Of a stretch of 64,000 nucleotides of DNA, positions 34,799 through 50,500 are shown piece by piece; within the stretch, counting starts at the first letter, position 1, and each line of letters begins with the position of its first letter. The position numbers were made by a program, and so were the translations under genes. The notes beneath the pieces were generated by a model. It saw only the letters and a program-made list of their open reading frames with translations, made no database searches and was not told where the DNA came from. Location: positions 1,612,001 to 1,676,000 of the forward strand of contig NC_047065.1 in NCBI RefSeq assembly GCF_902459465.1. Direction: 5' to 3'. This DNA is from Asterias rubens. Taxonomy: Eukaryota.

Positions 34799-37700
34799 CC
34801 ATCTACGAAACAGCGGGACATCGTAATGGTAAGCTTGAACAGAAAATTCATCACTGCCACTGCTGAAATTTATTTGTATGTAATTGTTGGTTTGTCATTT
34901 TTTAAATGTGATCGCTAGACTTTGTTTGCTAAAACCATTGTTTAGAATGGGAGACTTTTGGATGGTCCATTTTAACAGTTTCGCACATGTTCAGACCTAC
35001 ACGCGCAATACTGAGCATGTGTGCAGGTTTGTTATTTTATGCATATGTTGAGATACACCAAGTGAGAACACTGGTCTTTGAAAATTACCAATAGTGTACC
35101 TTTCCATTAACAGTACTGAAGCATAGATTATGCTCTTTTAAAATTTATAAAAAAAGAAGACCTAGGTCGACAAACGACTCATTTTGCTTGACTGCATCAC
35201 ATATACTACACTCTCATTTGAACAAATTAATATTAACGAAAGCTACTCAGTAAGAGACCAGTTAGACGTTATTGACCATTATAAAAACAAATCAACTCGG
35301 TTTAATAATTTAACTCAAAAGTCATCCAATTTTTTAACAATGAATTAGAGGAAAAAAGAAGATAAAACACATGCACTCTACACTGATACAGAAAGTCTTT
35401 AACAACTATTGTAAAAAACTTATTTCTACATGTATCATCCGAGCTTATCCATTTTTTCATAACCACATCTCCTTATTTGGAGCAACTGAACCCCACACCA
35501 GGACTCAATTTATAAGCTGCTTAGCGGCCCATTTTATGCTTACTGCAAGATTTCCATTTCAAACCGCTGCAAACGGTAAGCACCTGAAAAGGTGTGCTAA
35601 CCTTCTGGTGCTTACTGTATGAAAATGCAAATCCATGGTAAACACGCAAACTGGCTGGCTAATTTTCTTGCTTACCTGTGAAATACGCTCACGCTTCAGC
35701 AAATTTTTCTGCTATAGTTAGCACAAAAATTTGCTTACTGGGCCCAGCTAGGTCAACAAACAAGTGATTTTGATGTGTCTAAATGATGTAACTTTTTGAA
35801 AGAAAGAACAATGACTCAGCACTTTTGAATGCCACCTGAAGATTTAATTCCCAAGTTACATTTCGGTCAAAAAACAGATATGAAAATGTCTTTCAACTTC
35901 CTCAACACAAGGGCATTGTATTGTGTTCTTCTAACTGAACTGAGCTATTCAAGAAAATTAATATTTTTTTACACATAAAAACTTCTAAAGTAACTCAATA
36001 AAAAATTAACTAATATTAATATATTAATAATTCTTCATACAACTTCTCTCATTTACAACTAACACTCTCACCAGAAACTCATTTATAGAATTTAACATAC
36101 AATATATATATACTTAAATAAACTTCCCTCATGCTAAAAGTGTTGATCTGGTTGTTGTTATGGAACATTCAAAGAGCAAGTTTTAATACAAATATTTATC
36201 TGAATTAGTCTTTGGAAAATATAACAAGTACTTTTGTTCAAAATGTTGAAAATAGAACCCTGATTTGCGGCGCATCATTTACGTGGAGCGATGCTCGCTC
36301 GCAATGTCTTGGTGTAAGAAGTGCCATTTTCCTGCAAAGCCGTTTTCAAACTGTATCTCTTATCCCTGTATAATACAGCACAGGGAGGCAATGGACTTGT
36401 TTAACCCCACGGTTACCCCGGTGCACTTTCACACTTGTGTCCCTATTCTACAGGGTTCCAGTTGCATGTTTCAAGAATGATATACCCCCAGGTTTTACCT
36501 CTTGCCCCTACTCCAGAGCAAGGGTAGCTATTCCCCGGGGTATGCTAATTTCCCAAAGCATGAAATTGGGCCCTGGATGCGCGCACCGTCCCTACATGCT
36601 TAGAGCGCCCTCATTGTTTTCCCAGTGATGAGGTTATATCCTACTTAATTAACATGACAGTATGTGTTACAAGTACCATCAGTAATAATAAAGTGATTAA
36701 ATTCAAGCTGTCATGCATACATCGTACAATTCATATAATGTTACTTCCTTTATTTTTCACCTCAAGGACAATAGTGTCTCATTAACAATCTAGAATATAA
36801 ACTAGCTTCACTCTCACTGAACGCTTTTTTTGTTCACACAAAAGGCTTTCCCTACAGCTTTTTCTTGTAGTTAATACATATCTCTTAATCTCTGCACGCT
36901 TCTCATACAAATTACTACAGCTACATACATTTTTGGTGCTGTGTTGTATTGCTGTGCATAAATTACCTTGTGCCATATAACTGACACAGGCTGTTGAATG
37001 TGTCATAAAAAACTCAATTTCCAGACTCGATGCTCTGTAAGCAGTTTGTGGAGATTTTGAAAATTTCCTTTTTCATCACTATTTTTTTTAGTGGTTTTAT
37101 GTCAACGAAATAGATAAAACACAAAGTGAATGATATTGGGTAAATTTGTGCCTGTCCTTTCAGAAAGACTAACATCAAGATTTCTGGGAAATGTGTTTGG
37201 TACTGCACACACAAGCAGTGAGTGTGTTTGGTACTGCACACACAACAAGCAGTGAGATATAAATTAATGTAGAGCAAGGGATGTTGTTCCCTTGATGTAA
37301 CCTTTGACCTGACACAAACTCATCTTCATGTCCTTGGGCAGTGAATCACCCTTCAGTTTACCAGCACGTTTACACAGGATACAAGTGCAAATTGCCTAGT
37401 ACTTCACCACTTATACGTACGCACACTGCACTTGCATTGAAGAGGGACATGGCAGTGGAAATAACCGCGTAAGATATTTTCAGCTTGATGATGAACGTAG
37501 TTTTCACAAGATTTTCAGAATGTGGGCAGTGCTTTACGAAAGTCTGGGCCCAATTTCATAGAGCTGCTTTAAAAGCAGAAAATTATGCTTAAAAGTTTCC
37601 TGCTCAGCAAAACTGATCAGGATACCAGTCACAAATGGTACATGGGCCATAGTACTTTGGCTGGTAATCTTATTTTGGTAAGCATCATTTGTTTTTGCTT

Positions 37701-40364
37701 TAACCACTTTTGGTGCTGAAGCAGCTCTGTGAAATTGAGCCATGGTGTCACAACAAAAATGATACCATAAAATAAGATTTAAGATAATTTTTCTTAAATC
37801 ACTCCATGCAGTTAATGGTTGAAAGTAAACATAAAATGTTAATGAAAATGAAAATTATCTTGGATTTAACCTTCAATACCCTTCACATGACTAAGTGCTG
37901 CATAATCAACTGCAAACTAGTCAGATTTAAAATGCATGTAAACCTTAAGTGCAGTGGTGATAGTCAGGAACAAGATAAAGTACATAGTAATCCGAGAGCA
38001 ATCTGCCTGCGATTCTACTTAAATTTGAAAATCCCTCTCTCCGGTGATGAAAAGCTGAGTAATGCTCTGCTAGGGTATTACGTTCCTTGTATCACTCATT
38101 ACCACATGACACTGGAAAACATGTACGCATATAAATAAACAGCAAGTAAATATTACAGTGCCTGCGCTTTTTCTTCTTCTAACATTAAAACATGAAATGA
38201 GAACAGTTGTTGGCGCAAAATTACACTCCAGTACGTAGCACTTGTTAATGGCCGTGTTGTTGTATTGAATGTCTAGGCCTTGTCTGTTTTAATACACTTT
38301 GATTGCATAGTTTTCTTTCTGTCCATATGGTTGGGTTGTTTTTTGGTGTATATCGTCAATTTTGCCCTATGTTAATTTATTGTAATTTATGTAAAATATA
38401 AATATATTACTTTCTTCTTGGAAATAAATAATGTCGAGATTTGTTAACACTTTTTTAAGAATAATTAGACAAGAAGTTATTACAGAGACAAAAAACAAAA
38501 ACTTCAAAACTATAGGTGCAAGAAAAACAGTTTGGCTTTGCTGTTGCTAATGCTAGGTGTATTTAGACGTCACTACTGTGTATTTAATACATACCTACTT
38601 GCTATGTCTATGTTCTAAAACCCTCTAGATTTATGTATATCAGATAACCCTTCGCACTAGGCAGAATATTTGTAATAAACCATTCTATTTCAACAATTAT
38701 TTGGTTGATTGATTTTTGCCGGGTTGTTGCTATTTCCTAACCCCTGGGCATTCTGCGAAACCTGCAGACATTTGATGTTGCGTTTCTGTTTTTCGTTCCA
38801 TATTTTCGTGTATACCCATAACAATGTTAATCAGTCAACAACAACAGGAACAATCACAATTTTACATTACAGATTTTCTTTGTGTGCTCATAAAGAAATT
38901 GTCAAACAAATAATTGAGATTCTTTGGTCAGAGACGAAGCCTGTGGCTGATATACCAAGAACAGTGATTGCTTTTGGTAATATATGCATATGATTTTCCT
39001 TTATAGACATTGTACATTGTCTGGTTAAAGGCGATGTACACCATCGGTTAAAAGCAGACACCCAGATACTGATGGTAGATTAGTGCCAACATCGTTGTCA
39101 TATTCCCTCATGCTGATTATCATTTAACCAAAGGGGGACCAGACTAGTTTACAGCCAGCCTGGGTTTGGTTTTATGATATTATGATTTGGGATCTGAACA
39201 AGCTTGACAGTAAAAACATCCAGGGCCCAATTTCATAAAGCTGCTAAGCAGAAATTAGCGGGATACCAATCATCAATTGTACATGTGACATGGCAGTTTG
39301 GCTGGTAACCTTATTTTGGTAAGCACAATTTTTTTCTGCTTAAGCAGCTCTATGAAATTGGGCCTACATGTATGTTAATAGCCAAATTATACCAAAATAA
39401 TAATTTGCAAACCATTGATGTACAAAACCTTTTAGACTGCCTGCACAAACAACCAACAATATTCATAAATTATTATTATTATTTGGAATGTAATCAAGTT
39501 TTGCAAATAAATATTAATGTCTTCAGAAACAGAGATAAGAGCAGTTGATTTTAAATGTTTTTTTTTAGTAAATGGCAAAAGAACAATAAGGTCACATTGT
39601 GATACATAGATGCTAATTCACATTATAATTTTTTTTCTTCAAATTAGCAACATGTTTGTTATATGTTAAAAACGAAGTTGTGTTAGTAAACTTGAGGTTT
39701 TCAGAGAAAGGGCAAAATAAATGATGATGACCTGTTTTTCACCCCTCATATTTGGGAGTTACATATTTTCACATTCAGCTAGCATTTCTCAGACAAATGT
39801 TGCAAGTTAGTTTGTTTGCCTTTTCCCCCAGGTAAAAACAAATGGTTTTTAGACTGAAAATAATGTGAATCATAAAGGCTTTAAATCAGTTTATATTAAA
39901 TAATTAATTAATTGTTGATTAGCAATGTAGCACCGTTGTGTCGAAAATACGAGGTTATGAATTTGTTCACAATACTCTCACACTAGTGACAAACATTCCT
40001 TTCATTTAAACACCTAAATTGTTTGATTGATTTCTACAAAACATAACTTGTTTTTAGTTTGAGTACATTTGGAAAACAAAGTCTGTGCAAAAGATATAAT
40101 TTAATAACCGGCAATTGATTTTGTAGCTTGTTAATGATAACTCCATGCACACACTTGCATTAGAACAATATCAAACTATTTCAGCATGCAAAATGGCCAA
40201 AATCAACAATGATGCTTTCTATGGCTAGATTGTTATTTTAAATTTTGATTTTTTTAATTGAATAAAAAACCAAATCCTGAAGCAATCTTGAATTGATTTC
40301 AGAAAGCGCTTGTCGGAAACCCTGTTTTACTCTTGCATGATTTGCATATTCACTCTATGGATCT

Positions 40365-40536
40365 AGCCGGTTCATACTTCCTGTGAGTGCGAATGCGAAG
40401 CGAATTTGACGTCACAACTCTGTTTTCGCTGCGATATTCGCAGTGAGTTAAGCACAACTCAACTGCTGCGAATTATCCGTTGCGAATTTGTGACAGCAAC
40501 ATTCGCTTCGCATTCGCAGGAAGTATGAACCGGGCT
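40365..40536. mobile_element. MITE with GCCCGGTTCATACTTCCTGCGAATGCG termini (related copies at about 17422-17590, 22600-22650, 51335-51488)
   Basis: Inverted termini (A)GCC(C)GGTTCATACTTCCTG...CAGGAAGTATGAACCGGGCT, repeated at several loci. Confidence 0.75.
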
Positions 40537-42188
40537 TTAGGGTTGTTTTATCACACAGAAACTCTCGTCTTTATGGTTTGATGTACTACTCAGATTGTCA
40601 CACACACACACACATCACTCAATGGCTTTTAGTTAGTAACCACTTTTGAATCACATGTACATTGTACATGATTCTTCAACAATTGTTGTGACAATATTAC
40701 AAGATTAGACTTGCAGCATTTCAGTTGTTATTCCTACTGTAAGAAATGAACAAGATTTGAGGTATTTTGTTATGATTAATCAGGATAAGCTAATTACTCA
40801 TAATGAGCAATTAGCTTCTGCTATCGGATTGGCTCTAGCCCCTTTCACACCTAGACAAATTTCCCAGGAAAATCCCTGGGGAAATTCAGTTGGCCTTTCA
40901 CACTTGAATTGCAAACTCTGACAAACTCCAGGGAAGACTCCCCCCTGCTTCAGAGTAGGGATAGAGCCGCTCAAGCAGGAAATATTGCTGCTTAGAATGA
41001 GCAGAATACCAGTTACAAATTGTATTTGTGACATGGTAGTTTGGCTGGTAACCTTATTCTGGTAAGGGGAATTTTGTTATGACGATTGGCATCAAGTTTA
41101 AAACAACCATGAGGTGGTGGTGGGGTTAAAATTCCCCAGGAATTCTCCTTGAGTTTTGTTTATTGTGAATTGGCTTGGTAGTGTGAAAAGCGCTTTTGTT
41201 TAGTTCCAAAATAAAAATACCGACAAAACTGTTCAGGATCCACAGCAGTTTGATTTGAAAGACAGTTTGATTATTTTATTAATCTTGAGGGGAATTTAAA
41301 GATCCTTCTCCTCGCTGACGTAAACCAAAAAGGAATTCATTTTAAAAACAAACAACCAATCGGCTCATAATTAATTCAATTCGAATGACATTAAAATTCA
41401 TTCCTTTTGGTTTGCATGCGTCTCTCTAGTAAAAAAAAACACACCAACATTATTTTAAGAATTGTAAAATCAAGCAGATGTTTGCAAAGATTAGGAAACA
41501 AAAAGGAACAGAAATATGGCAAAGCTTGGCAAATTGGATTTTTGAAGAGTGAAAGGGAAATAATAATAGTTGTCCGTTTGACATAATGTACATTTTGTAA
41601 TCAGTTGTAGTCTTGCAAACTGAAATTGGATGCATAAAAAAAACCCTTTTATTATGAGAAAAACAAAACAATTTTTTATTTTTTTTTTTAATTGTTACCG
41701 AGGCACATTCCCAAACCCTGTGACTTACAAACCGAATTGACTCCTGCAAGAATATCAGTTGCTTTTTACAAATTGATTTCTTTGAGTTTAAAAATGGTTT
41801 TTGAGTAATTGTTTACCAACTGCAATGTTTTCTAATAACACACCTAGTCTAATTAAAATATTATATTGTCAGTTAATAAATATATAGAATAATTAATTTT
41901 TCATAATGAATATTAACAGTTAAAACATTTCCAATTTCACCAAAACCAGTATCTACAATTCTACCCAGGAAAATTTTCTTGAAAGTTTCTAAAATTGAAC
42001 GCAAATGTTCTCAAACTTTAAATGAGAACCAAAGCAAACTGGATGTGTCCTTACCTCTCAAATCTGGAAGTGATGGTTAGAAAAATGTAAAATCTGCGGT
42101 ATTTCTTATTATTTGAAAAATTTATTTTGCTGTGAATTTTGTTTCTGTTGAGGTAAGGGTTCGCTGATTGCGTATTATGGATTTACTA

Positions 42189-44528
42189 TTAACATTGCTT
42201 GTAGACAACACCAGAATGTCTGCCGGCAACATTCTGACGATAATGACGCTTGCCTGAGCGACTCTGCTGGTGGTATGCCTTGTTATGACGCTCGACCTTT
42301 GACCTACTTAGTGATCCCTTCTTTGTACGTTCCATAACCTCTGCCTCTTGGATGGCAGCCAAGTTCGGCGGGTTTTCCAAACCAACGCGAGCTGCCACTG
42401 CAGCTGCGCGGCGGGGTGGCTGCGTGTTGCGCACACGCAGATTACGTGACTTGGATTTCTTCACGATCTGATCAGTGTTTTGTTCGTGCTGACGCATTCT
42501 TCTTGATCTCATCGCCATGCCACTGCGTGGTCCATAAACAGACATACTAGGGTGTTCAATAAGGAGGTTCTCCATGGGACTGGTGGCAAGTTGATGCGGG
42601 GAGCTACCCCCGGCGGTGAAGCATGGAGGAGGGGTAACAAGCCAACTCTCCTCCATGTGATGTTGGCGGTTAGGAATCCCAAGAGGTTGGGTACCAGACT
42701 GGGCATCATTCAATGGTGACTCCCTGCTCCACTTGGGGCTATCTAATCATACAAAAATATCAAGAGCAAAATACTACTAAAGTGTTGACAAAATTTTATC
42801 AATGTTTATTTGGGGATCTGGGCCCAATTTCATGGCTGTGCTAACCGTCAAATTCGGCGCTTACGATCACCATTCTCTGCTTGCACATCAAGCGCTGAAT
42901 TTCTGCTCCAGATGTGTAAGCGTAGGAAGCTTAGTAACATACATGGGGTATGCACGCGCAAATGGGCAAATCCCCCACTAACACGTGATATATGCTTGAC
43001 GTGAGCACAATATTCCCTGCTTCCGCAAGCCCCGATAATTTGCTTATAATAAGCAGAGCCATGAAACTGGGCACAGGTTGGCTCTGTGGTTTCTACACCA
43101 TGCCTTTCACCTCTGTGGACCCCAGTTTTAATCCTGCCTCTTATCTTAGCCTTGATTGTGTTTCAGTCCCTACCTGATTGTGTGGGTTTCCCCTATTTAG
43201 CTTTCCTCCCACATCTGAAACTGAACATTTCTTTATTATCATTTGCATAACTCATCCTGCACATAATATTGTATTGTTCTTCAATAAGACCATTCTTTGA
43301 TTTCACCTTAAACCATCTTCATACTGCCTTTTGATCAAAATACAAATGTAGATCTTCCACTGTACAAATATCATATAAAAAGTCACACCATTTGTCCTTG
43401 CTTAATTAGGGTCATCATAATCAGCTGATCATAAATAATTCATTGAGCCTGTTAATTTAGTCAATCCGATTATGTCTCCTTTTTAATATGTAACATTAGC
43501 GGTTACAAACGAAGGTGAAATAGCACTGTGCAATAACCGACCCGCTGCATTATCCACCACCATTACTCATGCATCAAATGATTCAATTGGTAATAATCAC
43601 ATGCACGGGTAGTGAGACTAGGACTAAGTGGAGACCCATGCGGTGAACGTATAGGTGGTTAAATTAAAAACGGACTACAGTCAGCGCTCTATGGGCATCA
43701 TGGGTAGTCAATGACCTTCTTAGCATTTCTAATCAATATGGAGGGAGAGTAGATTCAATATCCATTCATAAAGAGTTTTTAGCTTAAGTTGCAGGCTGTT
43801 ATTTGGGGGGAAAATTAAAATGTTGAAATGCTACATATATATTGACTTGAATATTTGTCATTACCCGTTGTAAGAGACAATCTTTTCCATATTTATTCAT
43901 AATGAGTTTTTATGTAACCCTTCAAGTTAGCTCTAGTTGCAGGCTGTGCACTGATAGAAAAGATTGTCTTAGACAATGGGTACTGAAAAATATTAAAGGT
44001 AATTTGTAGCATTTAGACATTTTCAGTTTGCTTTCAAATTTCTAATGTCTAACTCTTTGCATATTGATTATTAATATAACTTGAATGAATTAATTTGAAC
44101 AGTGGGTGATGTATACTGTGGATAATCTAACACAAAATAAAATAAACTATCGTTTAGCGTCCTGACTTTTGATAAAAGGAGGCAGGCTCCAAAAATACTA
44201 AGCGGGCAGGGACGCTAAACATGTTTTGGGTTTTTTTTTCGCCTAAGGGTTTGGCAGGCAGGGGAAAGGCCTGGAATTTGATAGGGGCACCAAGGCCATG
44301 GCAAAAGGGTGCCTGATCCTGGCATAACTCAAGGTCTGTAACATTAAAGAGCAAACAGTTAGATAACCTACTGGTGACATCCACAAGTACCCAGTCGTCA
44401 TCAGCATAGGTGAGCTGCATACTAGAGCTCGGTCTAGAGCCCTGCCCGCCATCCTCCGATGCTGATGGGTCTTCAGCACTGGCAGCACTGCCGAAGATGT
44501 ACTCTGCCAGTCCGCTGAGCATACTCAT
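42189..44528 (-). CDS. TP53INP: TP53INP1/2 (DOR family) autophagy and nuclear cofactor, 2 coding exons, 236 aa
   Basis: Exons (minus): 44372-44528 and 42189-42742, joined in phase 1. N-terminal LAEYIFG, LIR-type motif DDDWVLV, DOR-domain signature MEESWLVTPPPCFTAGG...TSPMENLLIEHPSMSVY, and a basic C-terminus ending VVYKQC. A probable 5' UTR exon has its donor at 49299-49303. Confidence 0.92.
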
Positions 44529-47500
44529 GATGTTTCTAAACTGAAGTGGAGCTTAGAGACGGGACAGAGAGTCTCGGAAGCTGAGATGGATGAGACTGGG
44601 GGTGAACTCGAGGTGCACGGTCAACTGGAAGAGAATTGTTAAATGGATTGTGAGAATTATTCTTGTTTGATCATTTTAAAAGATAAGATGCGTAATGATC
44701 CAGAAACTGCATGCCTACGCATAAATTACTGAAAATATGCTAATCACTGACGATAACAACTGTATTTACTACGAGGCAGAGCACATTTTCTTTCTGAAGA
44801 CAGCAATTAAAAAAATATTTGTGTTGGTTATTTACTCTAATTGCGTCTCTTCTGTCAAGGTTGGATTAGCTTAATGGTTACAACTCGGGGGAGTCAGGGC
44901 CTGATACTTCAATGAGGAAACAAAGGCCATTGCCTCCATGTCTCATTGCCTAAATGAGTATCTGTGAAGGCAGAGATTGATATAGCTTGGTGTGCTACAT
45001 ACTTGCATGGCAGCATGGGCCCAAATTCATAGCGCTACGGTACTACCTAATGGTAAGCAAATTTGCGTGCTAACTATAGAAAAATCATTTGCTGAAGTGT
45101 AAGTGCATTTCACAGGTTGGCAAAAATTTGACAAATAGCTTAAGTGTTCTCTGGTGATCTGCATTGTTATGTCACTCATTTATTTTCATACAGTAAGCAC
45201 CGGAAGGTTAGCATGGGTTTCGTGTGCTTGATGAGGTTAGCAGCGCAATAAAATTAAAGCTTCCATTTTAAATGGTCGCGCAGTAAGCACGTAAAATGAG
45301 CTATGAAATTTGCCCCGGGGCTGTACTCACCAGGGAACTGAAATGGTTTAATTAAGAAATGAAATGAATGGCTCAGTCACCAGGGGAACTGTTCAAACGC
45401 AATGAAAAGAAGCTATTACTTATTTATCAAATTTGTAATGATGACATTGTACTTATATTGCTGTAATCGGTAAACATTTCTCTAATCATGCTTTATTAAT
45501 GGAATGTGTGTCAGCTGGTATGGTAATTTGTCCATGAAGGTACATTTACGTAGCTAGATCGTCAAGGCCAGAATTGAAAGCACATAGATTATCATCACAA
45601 TGCACTATAAAGTTATTTACTAGCCTTGTAAGTTGTAGTAAGCAAGAAAATGTAATGTGCATGAGGCCCAATTTCCTAAAGCTGTTAAGCAGAAAATACA
45701 GATTTTCTTTGCTAAGCACAAAATGATTTGGAGCACCACTTACAACAATGTAAACTTCATGGAATTTTGGCTGATAACCAGTTTCTGTTAGAAAGCAACG
45801 TGTTCTTATGCTTAGCAAGTTGTTATGCTTACAGGTGTTTTTTTTCATGAAGTTGTGCCCTGCTAGCCAAACATCATTGCTTAGTATTGAAGTGTATGTA
45901 TGCAATTAGGGCAGAATTGTGTACATGTAAGCACTGAATCCTTGCTTACATTGTGAAGTGTCACTGAGGAATGGGCGGGGCATACTCAAACAAGATGGAA
46001 TTTATTGAGCTCTCCATTGTAAAGGTCATTGGGTCATTATTATGTGTGCAGTGTTGATTCTCAAACCACCCCCTACCTGCAGGATCCTCAATACTCTGAT
46101 CATAGAAATGACTCTGATGGTAAGCCATTGGTAAACAAGTACAGACTTGAATATCACACCCAGCAGTGTTGTAATAGCATGGAGGAAGAGTAGTAAACAA
46201 CAATGGAGCTGCCAGAATGGAAACAGAATGGAATCCCAGACTGCAGATCCCAGTCAATAACCCTGACAAGTCTGATCAGCTGACTGTAATCCCAGATAAC
46301 TCTTAAGCCAATGGAGTGACAATTGTATTTGTTTTAAAAATGACCGCTGTGGTATGGGATATGATCTGTCAAAATACACACTGTCTAGCAGATAGCAGTA
46401 GCGGTTTCCAGACTCATGATTATTCATGATGTAAAATAGCCTTGTTGAGTAAACATGACATGATAGATAGTAGATAGCAGTAGCAGTTTACAGACTCATG
46501 TTTATTCATGATGTATTATAATAGCCTTGTTGAATTAACATGATATGACATGATTCTGTCAAAGTAAATACTAAACTTATCAAACTACCAACTACTGAAC
46601 ATACACAATAATGACAACCAAACTAGGGTTGTTTACTCAAGGACCCCAGAGACCTTGATTTGTTGCTAGGCCATGTCCCTTGACAACTCAACTTGTAGCT
46701 TTGTACACTGACTGTTTTCCTTCGTGTTTAACTGAAGGACTAAATAGTTATTGTGAAAAGTTTCAAGTACTGTACTTGGAGGCCTAAAAGACTGGCATTG
46801 TTGGCATTATGCCATTCACCTACTTGTATCTATAGTGAACTTTGTAACTTCTACAAAGGCTACAAAGGGGAAATGGCCAACAATGTTTTAAGTTTTTCTA
46901 TTATTATGACCCTTGCATCATTATTGTAAAAGTAACACATAGGCCTACTTAATGGCCTGACGTTTTGACCCTAGCAGAGTCTTTCTCAAAGGCAAAGTGG
47001 ACCAATCAGCAGCAAATTTGTATCCTGGGTATCAGATATGTAACACAGCCTGAATGTAAATAATATCGATGACAGGCAACAGATAGTATTCAATTACTAG
47101 CTTACGCAATCATAATGAAGAAATGAAACAGTAATATTTTAGAAAATATTTGTATGTTGACATTTGTTTAGGGAAGAAAGAGATGTAGCACATATGTTGC
47201 TAAATACTTTCTACACTATTTTGACTTAAGAGTAACAACATGTCAGACTAGCATTGGAAGTTTATCAAATGTAGTATTCAACCTGGTGAGAGAATGAAGT
47301 CTTATTTGCCAACATTACCATTATGCCTTATCTTTGTTCAAATAGAGTAAGAACCCCAACGCCAGATTTCACAAAACTTTACGCAACTGCACAAGTCAAC
47401 TCGCGCAAGATTTCTTGTGGAGTGGTGCGAAACTTAAGTAATAGTGTTACGTAAGAAAGTGGTTGCCAGTACCTAACAGTTCTTGAAATCAGTGCAGGGA

Positions 47501-50500
47501 TAGCAATAAGCAAGTGTTAGAAAATGCTGTAACTTGATTCATAGACAGTATTAAGCCTTCCCAGAAGTGCCATCTTCTCTAAATTTACCCCCCACTGTAC
47601 CTTATCTTGATGCATAGAGAGTAAACCAATTGCAAGTAGGATCATTAACCAGTGTTAGACCTTACACTAATTTTTGAAACTATAATTGAAGATTGTTCAT
47701 TTCAGACATGGGTACACAATCCCTAGACCCAATTTTAAGAGCTACCTACAATCCATTTTATATAAACAAAAATTGACCTATATTTCAGCTACTCATAGTG
47801 AAAATATCTGACAGCTTTTCAGATGTTATCAGTTTTATTTAAGCATAAGCCATGCAGGCAGGAAGGAGTCTTACACAGTTGAAGGGTGTTTGAGCGTTAA
47901 TTTTTTTAAATATCATTGCAGTGCAACGTATGTAAATTAACAAAAGGTCGCGTGATGTCAAATGACAAGCTATGGCTCACAGGAACAGATACTTAACCTC
48001 AATGTCGGGGCGTGTGTACCTCAATGTCGGGGTGTGTACACACGATCATAATGAAATCAGGGGAATAATTAGCAAAACATTAAATGCTGCAGTAAATTTA
48101 TGAAGCAATGCACAAACACACCCATACAGACTCATTATTGAAAATCAGAACAGTTTAAAACCTAAATAACCCAGAACAAATTTGATTTTTCAAATTGTTT
48201 GATTCATTTTATATAAAAAAAGGAGATGCAATTAAGAACAATACTTTTACAGCTGAAAGAAAAATACTTTAAGAAATGGATGACATCGTCAATGTTTAAT
48301 TTTTGTACAAGAATTTTTTATAAATTGTTTTGTTTGAGACAGTTATTGTTAAGTTTCTGATACAAACTGTATAGTACATTCACCGTTGTCATGCAAATGA
48401 CATGCACATCACAATCACATGCACACATCGTGTAATGTAGTTTCCCGACTCAAAGGTATGTTTGATTGAATGTAGGGTCAACAACTCAATATTTGTTTGT
48501 TTGTCAACAAATTGCTGATTTATTTGGGTTGCTGATTTGTATGTAGGTAAAATTATCAAGAAAGTAAGTGGGTGAAAGTACAAGGTACGGATGCTTGGTA
48601 AAATATCATACATTGTACTATAATTTATGGGTCACGACTGATTATTTAGTGACATACAATTTTAATAAATTTGCATTTGTAACATTTTGTTCATTCAAAC
48701 TTTTAAGATTCGTATCGATGTGAAAATATTTTTGAGTAATTATATTTATTTCAACAAATCAAAAAGCCATGTATGTAGACAATTTTACAATTGTCTACAC
48801 AGTTAGTTATAGTAATTTTACAATGTCAATATACTATTCCACTAATAATAAAGTGATAATTCCAGCCAAATCTTTTGCAATTACATCTCAAAAATATTAA
48901 GTATCAATACCTACAAAAAATCAAGTGATCTTGATTGTTTATTTTATTATTTTGTTTCATATTTTTTTATCTAATTATAATAATAATATTCATAATATTA
49001 TATATATTAATAATAATATCAGAATTTATTATCTTGAGAAAAATCCAAGAATATAAGTCCCTTTTAATGCATGTTAATTCAAGAGATAGGGTCGACAAGA
49101 ATTGTATAATTTTAAAGCAATTGACAACTATGCACTGCGACGGCCGGCACACACAAACACAGCAAGAGCAGTTGCCTGGCAAACTGCCGGTTCGGTCCCC
49201 GCCCATCTTCGGAGCTCTCGGCAAAATGAAAATGTCAACCGAGTCCGGAAAAAAGGATCATTACAAAATACGCCACAATCAAAACATCCTGTTAATTTCT
49301 TACCTTTAATCTATGACTCAGTCTTTCTCCGATGGTTTAATATTATTAATTGAGTAATGCAGTAAGTAGAGACACTTCGGTGAGTATAAAAATTCGTTAA
49401 AAATGGCGCAATGTTGTGCAAGGATTCCTTGTTCGGTTTATTTCGATTGGTTTGTTGACAACAAGCGACCAGCTGATTTGTGTGTGACGTTTTCAAGGCT
49501 GTTTCCATATTTGGCTCATTTGTAAACAAATTGGGCGATACCAAGATTTGTTTAGGTAAGCTTAATTGTGTTGACAGTTTGATGCAAGAAACTCCATATC
49601 CATTATTTACTATCGACAAAATAGCGCCATCTCAGTGATTTACACTGTGCCCAGTTGTAGTATTTTAAATATAAATCAACAGTTTTTGCGTGTTTCTGTT
49701 TTGTATTCGGCAATATGAAAATAAACATTAAAATGCAACACCCCTAAATAAAAGTAGAGAATGGTACAGCCATAACAACTAGCACGTGATGTAGTGCGTG
49801 ATCACGCATTCAATGGGCGCAAGGCTGTTGACAGTCTACTACCTGTCATTTGGGGGCAAAGTTCCATTGTGAGCTTCAATTCCCACCTCAAATTTGTCTT
49901 TACAAAAGCAAACTTTCAGGTTTTTATTCGTCGTGGAAGGTTTTCAAACTATTTAATGTTACAGGACGAAATATTTGCAGAGAATGATGCATGCATTTTG
50001 TAAAAATAGCCGCAACCGATTTCAGTGACTAGGCAAACGAGCGTATTTTTAGACTAATGAATATTCACGTTTTCATTACTGACATCCTGATTGGTTACAG
50101 GAATGAATATGTAATATGCCTCGTTGGCATTATTTTTTTTTGAGTGCGTGTGAGCCGCGTGACCTCAATAATCTCTCTGATGGAATCGTTGTCACAAACA
50201 ACCGGGGGCGCCCTCTCGAAAACTGTGACCCGGAAGCAAAAGGCAAAGACATTTCGCCATGCCTAGATTTCCACGTCAACGATTTTGTGTCATGCCCGCT
50301 AGGAGTGCAAAACGTCCGTAGAAAAGTTATTTCGAGGGGGTTTTCGTGACTGAAGTAACCGCCGTTATTGTTTTTGAAGTTTGGGGACAAAATCAGGTAA
50401 ATTTTGTATGATGTCACTTTATTTTTGTCATGTTTACGACTACGTTGTAAAATTTATAATAAATATTTATTTTTGAGGATTGTATTTGTAATTGTATCAA

